Below are positions 1-11,145 of a stretch of 64,000 nt of DNA, in pieces. The position numbers and the translations under genes were made by a program. The notes below the pieces were generated by a model. It was not told where the DNA came from. It worked only from the letters and a program-made list of their open reading frames with translations, and made no database searches. Within the stretch, counting starts at the first letter, position 1. The number at the start of each line of letters is the position of its first letter. Source of the stretch: Macrostomum lignano. Its lineage: Eukaryota. The DNA lies in NCBI GenBank assembly GCA_002269645.1, contig NIVC01001201.1, positions 272,806-336,805 on the forward strand, in the 5' to 3' direction.

Positions 1-231
1 CACCCTGGCGCACTTTAAGCGACATAGGCACACAACCGGCGAGAGGCATTACTGCCCATTCCGCCGACTCCCCTGAGCAGGCATACAAGCGCGCGGATAC
101 GTACGCAGGCACACAATCACACAGGAGTGTACAGCGGCCCTAACATTATATTATCGTTAGGCATGTACACTTCACTGCGCCTTGGGGGGTTGGCTCTCAA
201 GGCCGTTAATTGCACCAGCAGAGCCAAGCCG

Positions 232-332
232 AGATTCCAATTCAGCCCCAAATGAATGTGACTGCACTTGGAATCGAGCCTGGGTCGCTGGCACACCAGA
301 GCAGCTGCGCTACCGCTGGGCTACGGCCCCCC
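232..332 (-). mobile_element. tRNA-derived SINE head (body may continue to the window start)
   Basis: Minus strand reads GGGGGGCCG-TAGCCCAGCGG (A-box)...GGCTCGATTCC (B-box-like)...TGCAGTCACATT. A related copy lies at 22429-22530 (+). No clean cloverleaf. Confidence 0.7.
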
Positions 333-351
333 TTTCCAATCCTGATAAATA

Positions 352-620
352 ATCCTTGATAGGCTAGAGTAGCAATCCGTTGCATTCCTGTCCATAATCC
401 CTGATAGGCTAGACTAGCAATCCATTGCATTCCTGTCCATAATCCCTGATAGGCTAGACTAGCAATCCATTGCATTCCTGTCCATAATCCCTGATAGGCT
501 AGAGTAGCAATCCATTGCTAGTCCTGTCCATTATCCCTGATAGACTAGAGTAGCAATCCGTTGCATTCCTGTCCATAATCCCTGATAGGCTAGACTAGCA
601 ATCCCTTGCATTCCTGTCAT
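352..620. repeat. 45-bp tandem repeat, about 6 copies
   Basis: Unit TCCATAATCCCTGATAGGCTAGACTAGCAATCCATTGCATTCCTG seen directly. Confidence 0.95.
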
Positions 621-632
621 CCAACCGGTCAG

Positions 633-766
633 ATATGACTGTGAAGCTGGACGACCGCGGCAACAGGCTTGAGCGCTCAGCCGAGCGATTCTTCCGCCGG
701 GAGTGCGGCCAGGACCTCCCCGAAGAGATTCAGCGAGTGAAGACCGTCGTCTGCTCGGAAGTTTAA
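633..766 (+). CDS. Probable terminal coding exon of a gene starting upstream of the window; product unknown
   Basis: AG at 631-632 follows a repeat-filled intron-like region. GC-rich frame (D)MTVKLDDRGNRLERSAERFFRRECGQDLPEEIQRVKTVVCSEV ends at TAA 764-766, then the sequence turns AT-rich. No homology recognised. Confidence 0.45.
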
Positions 767-1064
767 ATTTGGCTGTTGGGCAACAAAGAAAAACTTTTAA
801 TGATAGAAGAAGTCTGGATTTAGCGATTGACAGCTCTGTTTTTAATGGTGTAACCTTTTGTACTTCTAACAGTAGTTGTCGAAAACCGAATTCTGCTTTA
901 AAATGCATTGGCGAGTTAGGAATCTCCCATTCTTACGACCGTAGCTCTAAAATTAGCGATTGCTTCTCGTTCTGCCCTTCTGATGTTCATTTGGTCGGAG
1001 CTTGCCTTCACAAGATTGAACTTGGTTCTGGGAGAACGCTAAGTCTTTGTAGACGGTACGACAG

Positions 1065-1810
1065 TTGGGGTCATAGGCAGCTTAGGTCATAGACAACTTG
1101 ACTTGGGTCATACACAGCTTGGTTCATAGACAGCTTGGGTCATAGACAGCTTGGGTCATGGACAGCTTGGGTCATAGACTGCGTGGGTCATAGACAGATT
1201 GACTCATAGACAGTTGAGGTCATAGACAGCTTGGGTCGTAGACAGCTTGGGTCTTAGACTGCGTGGGTCATAGACTGCTTGGGTCATGGACAGCTTGGGT
1301 CATAGACAGTTGAGGTCATAGACAGCTTGAGTCATAGACTGCTTGGGTCATGGACAGCTTGGGTCATAGACTGCTTGGGTCATGGACAGCTTGGGTCATA
1401 GACTGCTTGGGTCATAGACTGCTTGGGTCATAGACTGCTTGGGTCATAGACAGCTTGGATTATAGACAGATTAACCAATAGACAGTTGAGGTCATAGACA
1501 GCTTGGGTCATAGACTGCGTGGGTCATAGACTGCTTGGGTCATAAACTGCTTGGATCATAGACTGCTTGGGTCATAGAAAGCTTGGGGCATAGACTGCTT
1601 GGGTCATAGACAGCTTGGATTATAGACAGATTGACTCATAGACAGTTGAGGTCATAAACAGCTTGGGTCATAGACTGCTAGGGTCATCGACTGCTTGGAT
1701 CATAGACTGCCATGCTTGGGTCATGAAAAGCTTGGGGTGGGGCATAGACAGCTTGGGTTATAGAAAACTTGGGTCATAGACAGTTTGGTTCGTAGAAAAT
1801 TGGGTCATAT
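1065..1810. repeat. 16-bp minisatellite GGGTCATAGACAGCTT
   Basis: Dozens of degenerate tandem units. Related arrays at about 2660-3150 and 37540-37670. Confidence 0.95.
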
Positions 1811-2659
1811 ACATTGGACTGCTTCATAGATAGTTTGAAAAGAAAAATCAAAACTTACTATCTCGCTAACGCATTCCGAATCCAACTAGACCCTCAATTT
1901 CTTTCATAAATTGGTCCCATATTTTGCCCACCATTACACGGAGGAGCACCACGTTGAGGCGAACAAAAGTTTTAATGTGATTTTTCTCCCCTCTTTTTGG
2001 CAGTTTCGTAGCCTTTTTCTTCTCTCCAGCATATTGATATTTTTCTATATTAGAAAGAATTTTCATATACTCTAAGTAGCTCGCAAGCGTTTTTTGAAAG
2101 CGATTAGTAGGATTATCACCATGTTTGGAAGTACCAAAAACAATTGCTTGATATTGACGCTACCAGCTTATTCTATAAAACTATCTACTGATGTATGCTA
2201 CTTTCAGTAGGCCTAATTGTCTTCTAGAAAGCTAATACTCGTTTATCTGTCACTCGTATGCTACTCTCTACTGTTTAAACAGCAATCAGTCTCGCTTCGT
2301 TATTTAAAACTCTTTGCTGTGCTTTTCTGCTTCAGCTACTAGTAAGTAGCAATCAAAGAATATTTCTAAATTTTCCATCGAACTATTTAATTTTTTTAAA
2401 TTCTTGTTGCTACCCCAAAAATTTTATCATTTTTCTTGAGGAAATAAAAAACGCACGAAAGTTTTCAAATAAAGGTTTCAACCAGCAGCACAAATCCGGT
2501 CATTGATGATTGTTTTCATTTTAGAATTAGAAGCTTTTTGTATATTTCTGTACACTGAGTGAGTGAGTCTGAGTGGGAACTGGCCGAGACAACCCTCGTT
2601 GTTTCGTTTCGTGAATACGAAAAGTTTTCGGTTTGTGGCCGTTTGGTCATGTGGATGCT

Positions 2660-3150
2660 CGAGTCATAGACGTTTTGTGACATGGACAATTGCGGTCATA
2701 GTTTTGGACATAAACCATTTAGGTCATATATACGATTAGCTTGGGTTAACGACAGTTTGTGGGTCATAGATAGTTTGGGGTATAGACAGTTGAGTCATAG
2801 ACAGCTTGGGGTCATAGACAGTTGGGGTCATAGTTTTGGACAAAAACCGTTTAGGTCATATATAGCTTGGGTTAACGACAGTTCAGTGATAGCTAGAGTT
2901 ACAGACCATGTGGTCATAGACAGTTTGTGGGTCATATAGAGTTTGGGTCATAGACAGCTTGCGTCATAGACAGTTTGTGAGTCATAGACAGTCTGAGTCA
3001 TAGTTTGTGGGTCATAGACAGTTGGGTTATAGACAGTTTGTGGGTCATAGACAGTTGGGTCATAGACAGTTGGGTCATAGACAGTTTTTTTGGTCGGATA
3101 GTTTAGGTAATAGACCATCTGGTTATAGACAGCTTGGGGTCGTAGACAGT
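2660..3150. repeat. Degenerate GGGTCATAGACAGTT minisatellite, same family as 1065-1810
   Basis: Seen directly, same orientation as the first array. Confidence 0.9.
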
Positions 3151-3684
3151 TAATTTTGTTTATTCGCAGCCAGACTTCACTTAACTCCAAAGATTATGCT
3201 AGTTAGTTTGTTTAATCCAACTCAATATTTCTGTGTTCGAGCAGCAAATCTCGCATGACCATTGCTCGGATGCCTACAGTTCTACGACTAAAACTAGCAA
3301 AAAACAACATGGAAAGCAAATATTCAGCTGAATCGCCAAGCTCATCTACTGCTGAGTTCATCTACTCGTAAACTATAAAACTACTGCAAATAGTCACGAA
3401 AGCGCTAACAGAAATTTGCTGATAGCGTGCGGAACTAAGGAGCGGGTGAATTTAGGAACTAAAAAAATTTCGCATAGCAACACAACATGGAACGATAAAA
3501 GTACGGCGACAACCCATGGGAGTTTGAATTTGTTGGAGATTTTTTTTCCAAAGAAAAAGTAAAATAGAAAAGTTAAAAAAACGACTTCGTCGGTGTAAAG
3601 AACGGAGTGCAAAAATATCGGCCTTCAATCAAGTTTCCATTGATCTTGCTTTGCCTCGCCTCGGAATTTTCAAGACAAATCGCC

Positions 3685-4075
3685 GTCCTTGTACTTTAGC
3701 CGTCCTTGCACTTCAACCATCCTTGCACTTCAGCCATCCTTGCACTTCAGCCATCCTTGCACTTCAGCCATCCTTGCACTTCAACAATCCTTGCACTTTA
3801 GCCGTCCTTGCACTTTAGCCATCCTTGCACTTCAGCCATCCTTGCACTTCAGCCATCCTTGCACTTTAGCCGTCTTTGCACTTTAGCTATCCTTGCACTT
3901 TAGCCGTCCTTGCACTTTAAGCTATCCTTGCACTTTAGCCGTCCTTGCACTTTAAGCTATCCTTGAACTTTAGCCGTCCTTGCACTTTTGTCAATCGTCC
4001 CTTCACTTTAGCCGATCTTTTGTACTTTTCGCACCTTAGCCAATTCTCCTTGCACTTTAGTCGTACTTGCACTAA
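3685..4075. repeat. 17-bp minisatellite TT(C/T)AGCC(A/G)TCCTTGCAC just downstream of the ENT4-like stop
   Basis: Seen directly. Confidence 0.95.
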
Positions 4076-4077
4076 AG

Positions 4078-4589
4078 TCAGCGGCCAATCACGTGACTGA
4101 CATTGTAGTCGCCGCAGGCGTACTGCCACGGCTGCAGCTTGGCTGGGATCGGGCCCAGCAGGTCGTCCAGCCAGTAGGAGAGGCCGCTGCCCGCTGTGAG
4201 ACCCACGCTGTAGCTCAGCGTCATCAGATTGCCTGCGGGCGGCGAGTCGGAGCGGGGAAGCTGGGTTGGAGATTTGAAGGGAGTAGGGGCCATGAATTTT
4301 CCCTGAGCGCGACTCATCCGACCATGAGATGGCAGTGCAAGAATCAGAAGCCCGGACACAAACCCTTAACGAGGACACCGGGTCCTGTAATTACCTTTCC
4401 TAAAAGCAAGACGGGGCCTGACATCCTGACGAGTCTGCCCCCCTGCTGATGGATTGAGAAATCTGATTATTCTGTCAGGTGGGAGAGCAAATCCGCTGGA
4501 CCACCCTCCTTGCTGTCTTTCTTCTTCAAGCTTTTTGTTTTTCTGCGCAGAAATTGTTAGCTTCAAAATTCTGTCTGTCAGAGTGTCTA

Positions 4590-4688
<99 letters not shown>

Positions 4689-4691
4689 GGG

Positions 4692-4746
<55 letters not shown>

Positions 4747-7700
4747 TTCGCAAAGGAAATTTGAAGTACCCTAATGAGATGCAGATCAAATCAGACATCA
4801 GGGGCTTAAAGTGTTTCCTGTTGCTAATCAAGTTTTCTCTGTAGCTCAACTTTCTGATATTTTGAAATCCAATTTGATCCTCTTGTTCTGTTTAATTTCG
4901 AGATAAGAAGTGCAAGGCCGCGACCAAGATGTTAAATTTAGTAACGAAATGAAACGGAGTTTAAAAGTAAACAAGGTCATACCCCTTCTCCCTGATGGGT
5001 TATACCTGATCCACATTCTCCCCCGATCCCTAATCTTCCAGATCCATTATCTTCCCAGATCACCACCATTCTACCCAGAACCCCAATCTCCCCAGATCCC
5101 CAATCTCCCCAGATCCCAAATCTCCTAGATCCCAAATCTCCCAGATCCCAAATCTCCCAGATACCAAATCTCCCAGATCCCCAATATTCCAGATCCTCAA
5201 TCTCCCAGATCTTAAATCTCCCAGATCCCAAATCTCCCAGATCCCAAATCTCCTAGATCCCAAATCTCCCAGATCCCAAATCTCCCAGATCCCCAATCTT
5301 CCAGATCCCAAATCTCCCAGATCCCAAATCTCCCAGATCCCAAATCTCCCAGATCCCCAATCTTCCAGATCCCAAATCTCCTAGATCCCAAATCTCCCAG
5401 ATCCCAAATCTCCCAGACCCCCAAATCTTCCAGATACCCAATCTCCCAGATCCCCAATCTCCCAGATCCCCAATCTCCCCAGATCCCAAATCTCCTAGAT
5501 CCCAAATCTCACAGATCCCAAATCTCCCAGATCCCCAATCTTCCAGATCCCAAATCTCCCAGATCCCAAATCTCCCAGATCCCAAATCTCCCAGATCCCC
5601 AATCTTCCAGATCCCAAATCTCCTAGATCCCAAATCTCCCAGATCCCCAAACTCCCAGATCCCCAATCTCCCCAGATCCCAAAAATTTCATCAGTCGGAA
5701 TGCCCCCAGCCGCCAGCCCCTCTCACCGGCGATCTCCCTATGCGAGCTCTGCACAGTCTTGGGCGCGTTGATCATCGGCAGGCTGCCGAAGTAGCCGTTG
5801 GTGGCGCCGAGCAGGGCGGTGACGAAGCAGGCCCAGGACTCGCTGCTGATGTGCGGCCGCTGCCTGGGGCTGGCGCAGCTCATAAACAGCGGCACCAGGC
5901 AGACGCGGAAGATGCTGCAGGCCAGCAGGGGGCCGCCGCGCCAGGCGATGGGGAAGGCGGCCAGCAGCTTGCCGACAAGGTCGCTGCCGTTGAAGACGGC
6001 CATGAGCAGGACGGGCATCCAGTCGCGCAGGCGGCAGGACGGGATCTCGGACTCGATGCCAGGGAAGAGGCTGAGGCTGACCAGGTAGCAGAGGGCGATG
6101 GCGGCCATGTACAGCCAGACTTTGTGCGCGATGTTCAGCCTGGTCTGCAGGCCGGCTGCAGTGGCGTTCGGTGGCGTTCACTGTTATGATTTGCCTTGCC
6201 AATTCACTATTAACGCTTGTATTTCTAAGGTCAGCTTTCGGCCACTCCAAATTAACTTTTCATGGCTCCGATGCCCTCTCTGAGAAGTCAGAAATCATAA
6301 CAAGCGTTTCCTGAGTCCCTGGGTTCCTGAGTCCCTGGGTTCCTGATTCCCTGGGTTCCTGAGTCCCTGGGTTCCTGAGTCCCTGGGTTCCTGATTCCCT
6401 GGGTTCCTGATTCCCTGGGTTCCTGAGTCCCTGGGTTCCTGAGTCCCTGGGTTCCTGATTCCCTGGGTTCCTGAGTCCCTGGGTTCCTGAGTCCCTGGGT
6501 TCCTGAGTCACTGGGTTCCTGAGTCCCTGGGTTCCTTATTCCCTGGGTTCCTGAGTCCCTGGGTTCCTGAGTCCCTGGATTCGATTCCGCCGGGTTGACT
6601 AATGCGCTCATGAGAAGCAATTTCGGAGGTCGGCGGAAAGCGCATCCTGAATTGCCTTCTCCCTTCGCTGAATCTCCTCCACTCTGACACCTCGGGATCA
6701 GCTGGATGGACAGACCGAAAATCAAGGAAGCTCACGGATGCGTACTCAGGCACACGCTGATCACACAGGGTGTACACAGCGGCTCCGAATTTCTCAGATT
6801 GGCCCAGTGAATGGTGGATCCCGCCATTGAAGTCCCGGGTCACTTTTCCCCGCCCCGGAGTCGAACCCAGGTGCTCCGGGTCCTGCCTACGACGGTTCCT
6901 CACCTTCCACTCCCAGGTGCCGCGGCGTCCGCGTGGCCGAGGCGGCCGCCACCGTCGAATCGCCGTTGTCGAGCAGGTCGGCATCGGCTCGATTCGGAGG
7001 CGGCGGACTCAGCACCGCCTCGCCGACATCCAAGTAGCCGAGGTCCATCATCTCGGGCTGGTAGGCGGGGTTCTCCAGTCCAGGCAGCATCCGCTCGCGG
7101 TCCTCGGCTACCCGAGGACGTTGAGGAATCTCCGACTGCTGCTGCCTGGTCGGCCGGATGAACTGCCGCACGAACTGCGACTTCACGGCCAGGGTGAAGG
7201 TGAGCAGGCAGAGCAGCAGCAGGCAGCTGGACAGGATGAAGAACAGCGCAGTGCTGGGCGCCGCCGATGCCACGGCGCTCTTCGTGACGATGCGGTTCAG
7301 CGAGACGATGAAGCCGGCGCAGCTCTCGCCCAGCATCACCGCCTGGGTGTAGCGGCGCGGCAGCAGCGAGGCGTAGCCGTAGAAGCTGGACTGCTGGACT
7401 GCAGGCGGCGGGTGGGCGCGGGTTCGAATCTCAGGGTTTGATCTGTTATATGGTGTCTCTGTAGGTGTGTCAGGTATCCCAGGGCAGGTGTGTCAGGTAT
7501 CTCGGGGCAGGTGTGTCAGGTATCTTAGAGCAGGTGTGTCAGGTATCTTAGAGCAGGTGTGTCAGGTATCTCGGGGCAGGTGTGTCAGGTATCTTAGAGC
7601 AGGTGTGTCAGGTATCTCGGGGCAGGTGTGTCAGGTATCTCGGGTAGGTGTGTCAGGTATCTCGGGGTAGGTGTGTCAGGTATCTCGGGGCAGGTATGTC

Positions 7701-9249
7701 AGGTATCTCAGGGTAGGTGTGTCAGGTATCTCGGGGCAGGTGTGTCAGGTATCTCAGGGCAGGTGTGTCAGGTATCTCAGGGCAGGTGTGTCAGGTATCT
7801 TAGAGCAGGTGTGTCAGGTATCTCGGGGCAGGTGTGTCAGGTATCTTAGAGCAGGTGTGTCAGGTATCTCGGGGCAGGTGTGTCAGGTATCTCGGGGCAG
7901 GTGTGTCAGGTATCTCAGGGTAGGTGTGTCAGGTATCTCGGGACAGGTGTGTCAGGTATCTCAGGGCAGGTGTGTCAGGTATCTCGGGGCAGGTGTGTCA
8001 GGTATCTCAGGGTAGGTGTGTCAGGTATCTCGGGACAGGTGTGTCAGGTATCTCAGGGCAGGTGTGTCAGGTATCTCAGAGTAGGTGTGTCAGGTATCTC
8101 AGGCAACCCCCAGGAACGCAAGCAACCCAGGTAGCCCAGGCAACCCCAAGAAATTAAGCAACCCAGGTAGCCCAGGCAACACCAGGAACCCAAGCAACCC
8201 AGGTAGCCCAGGCAACACCAGGAACCCAAGCAATCCAGGCAACCCAGGCAACACCAGGAATCCAAGCAATCCAGGCAACCCAGGCAACACCAGGAACCCA
8301 AACAATCCCAGGCAACCCAGGCAACACCAGGAACCCAAGCAATCCAGGCAACCCAGGCAACACCAGGAATCCAAGCAATTGAGGCAACCCAGGCAACACC
8401 AGGAATCCAAGCAACCCAGGTAGCCCAGGCAACACCAGGAACCCAAGCAACCCAGGTAGCCCAGGCAACACCAGGAACCCAAACAATCCCAGGCAACCCA
8501 GGCAACACCAGGAACCCAAACAATCCCAGGCAATCCAGGCAACACCAGGAACCCAAACAATCCCAGGCAACCCAGGCAACACCAGGAACCCAAACAATCC
8601 CAGGCAACCCAGGCAACACCAGGAACCCAAGCAGCTCACTTGTGCATCCCAGCGACACAACGCCAGCGCTGATGAGGGTCAGCCGATACGACCACTCAGG
8701 CGGGAAGATATTCAGGATGATGTCAAAGAAGGTGGTCAGGAACAGCACCACTATGGCAATCATATAGCCGAAGGTGATTCGCCAGCGAAGGTGCACCCGG
8801 TTCACCAGGGCGTTGGTGAGCAGCACGCTGCCCAGCATCACAGTGATGTAGGTCATGCTGATGTCGAACACGATCAGGTGGCTGTCGAAGCGCTGCTGAT
8901 AAAAGTCCACCGCGTTCACGAAGCTGTTGTAGGGCAGCAGGAAGCCGACGCCGGCCAGCACCATGGACAGGTACACCAGGTGGTAGCGGTCCCGCAGCTC
9001 CAGCCGGCTGTCATCGACTTCGTCCAGCTGCTCGAAACGTCGCCGCCGACTCGCCGGCTGTTCGTCATCGACAACTTCGTCGGCTTCCTCGCCAACTTCG
9101 TCGGCCTCCTCCACGAATTCGGCGGCTACAGCAGCCGGCGGCGCGGTCGTCCGCGGCATGGCGAGGCTGGCCGGGCGCTGAATCGAGGAAGCTGGACGGT
9201 CGGCAGCTTCATCGTTCAGGCTGATGGAAGTGTAAGCCCCGGGCTCCAT
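4078..9249 (-). CDS. SLC29A4: Equilibrative nucleoside transporter, ENT4-like (562 aa)
   Basis: Exons 9249-8640, 7398-6904, 6155-5727, 4232-4078. All introns GT-AG phase 1; total 1689 nt, open. Motifs LAGVGFLLPYNSF, QQSSFYGY..LP.RYTQAVM.GES.AG, SLFPGIESEI, NGYFGSLPMI, GNLMTLSY..GLT.GS match ENT4 as recalled. Confidence 0.93.
4592..4746. repeat. (CTGT)n microsatellite, ENT4 intron 3
   Basis: Seen directly, one interruption. Confidence 0.98.
5080..5680. repeat. 16-17-bp minisatellite CCCAGATCCCAAATCT, ENT4 intron 3
   Basis: Seen directly. Confidence 0.95.
6309..6578. repeat. 16-bp minisatellite CCCTGGGTTCCTGAGT, ENT4 intron 2
   Basis: Seen directly. Confidence 0.95.
7463..8632. repeat. Two abutting arrays filling ENT4 intron 1: 23-bp CAGGTATCTCGGGGCAGGTGTGT (7463-8101) and a 36-37-bp unit built of 9-bp CAGGCAACC-like subunits (8102-8632)
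   Basis: Seen directly. Confidence 0.95.
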
Positions 9250-10219
9250 TGGCCAGATCCGCAGCGGCTCCGCCAGCGCTGCCAGCCGGGCCGGTCAGTT
9301 TTGTGCCGCTCAGCTCCGCGGCTTCTCCCGCCTTCCCTCCCCGCCTTCCCCGCCTTCCCCGCCTGTGCGCTCCGTGGATGAGGGATCGGACAGGGAGTTG
9401 GGGGATCAGGCACGGGAGTGTACAGGCGGGTTGAGGTTGTTATTTGGGAGGAGAGATGAAGGAGGCTGGGGTAGCAGCTCAGTACGGTTTTCCGCTGTCT
9501 GCCTGCCTGTCTGAATCCCCTTTCCCAAATCCACCCTGTGCAGTGCACGGCCCAGCCCGGCTCGCAAGTCTGCCATCGAACGGGAAAGCAACTCCAGCAC
9601 TACTAGATTAGTAGAAATGCACGCTAATTAAGCCTTTTTATAAATATCTGAGCAGCATTCAGACAAGAACTGCTCAAGTAGAAGGACAGGAGACTGCGAG
9701 CCGTACGTTTCTTAGAAAACGTTTATGAGGCTGGTTTTTTCCGAAAACTACACTATAGAGATAGGAAGTTTTCATTTTTTAGCACAAAAATTTGTTTTTG
9801 CTTTCGATAGGAGGCAGACCCAGTGCTCCTCTTTTGATATGTTGTGCCTCTCTTATAGCTCTATTGATATTTATAAAGCTTTTTGTTCAGAAAATCAGGA
9901 TTCTGTGTAAATACTTTGTTCCACGCACAACTGCACATGTCCTGTGCCGAAAAAACACTAAAATGTCACGGCTCGGCTCATTGGTTTTATGAATATATTT
10001 TGTCATTTTTAGCTCACTGTGTAACAATATGTGTAACAGAGATGATTAAATAGATTTATTAAACCAAAGATTCGAGCTGTGCCATGCATTTTTATGATTT
10101 TTAGGTGCAGGGAATGTCTGTCTTCGCACCTTCTCAAACACGAATCAATCATCAATCACTGGGGCATTCGGTGCAGCCCCAGTGCGCCAATCAGCACTGC
10201 GCATCAGCACAATGGACCG

Positions 10220-10525
10220 CATGTGTGTCTGCATCAGCTGTGACTTCGGTAGCCATGTGTGTCTGCATCAGCTGTGACTTCGGTAGCCATGTGTGTCTGC
10301 ATCAGCTGTGACTTCGGTGGCCATGTGTGTCTGCATCAGCTGTGACTTCCGTGGCCATGTGTGTCTGTATCAGCTGTGACTTCGGTGGCCATGTGTGTCT
10401 GCATCAGCTGTGACTTCGGTGGCCATGTGTGTCTGCATCAGCTGTGACTTCGGTGGCCATGTGTGTCTGTATCAGCTGTGACTTCGGTGGCCATGTGTGT
10501 CTGCATCAGGTCTGACTTCGGTGGT
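10220..10525. repeat. 34-bp tandem repeat containing CAGCTG, between the divergent ENT4-like and IQCH genes
   Basis: Unit GTGTGTCTGCATCAGCTGTGACTTCGGTGGCCAT, about 8-9 copies. Confidence 0.95.
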
Positions 10526-11145
10526 CCACTGGCCTTCACCAAGGATACTCCGACTTCGCTTGATCAAGCCTTCACATCGGAGCAAACCTCAGCTGCGGAG
10601 CTCGGCTTACGCACCCGAGGTGTGTTGCACTGCAGCTGCAGCATCTTCATCTGGCCGCAGTCATGCAGAACTGCAAAGGCAAATATAATTATAAATGCCT
10701 GAAATTTTTGTCACGCGCAGCTCAAGTTCGCTGGAGAGGGCCGGAGCGTGTTGACCACGCGGGTAGAACTGGCGAGACAGACAGAAATAAACTGGCATAT
10801 GATCGACCGTTACAGACGGAGTGAGAGCTTGGCACCTGGGCCTGTGCTCAGTTTGCTGTGTTTGTCGAGACTGTGTTTTTCTCTGCTGGCGCTCAGCGGT
10901 GCGGAGAGGCGCAGCGAAGGAAGAGGGGGGAGGGGGTCAGAGAAGAGAGCAGAGCGTTTGGCCACACCGCAAGCCCCCCTCAGACCGCAGACTCAGCTCT
11001 CTTCCGCTCTATCCATTTCTTTTCAAAAAGAGAGCAGGCGGGTCAACGGCAAAGCCTGACTCTGAGAGAAGAAAATGTTGAGGCCAGCGGAGCCGCTGAA
11101 TTGAAACTCGTCATCGCTGAAGCTGCTCAAGGCCTCTCCCCAGTT

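Noticed and set aside
241-332. Functional tRNA gene
   Set aside because: Acceptor and anticodon stems do not close properly, and a diverged homologue shares the non-tRNA tail, which indicates a SINE.
10858-11145. N-terminal 96-codon extension of IQCH from a non-ATG start
   Set aside because: No ATG, the composition is UTR-like, and an acceptor-like CAG sits just before ATG 11146.
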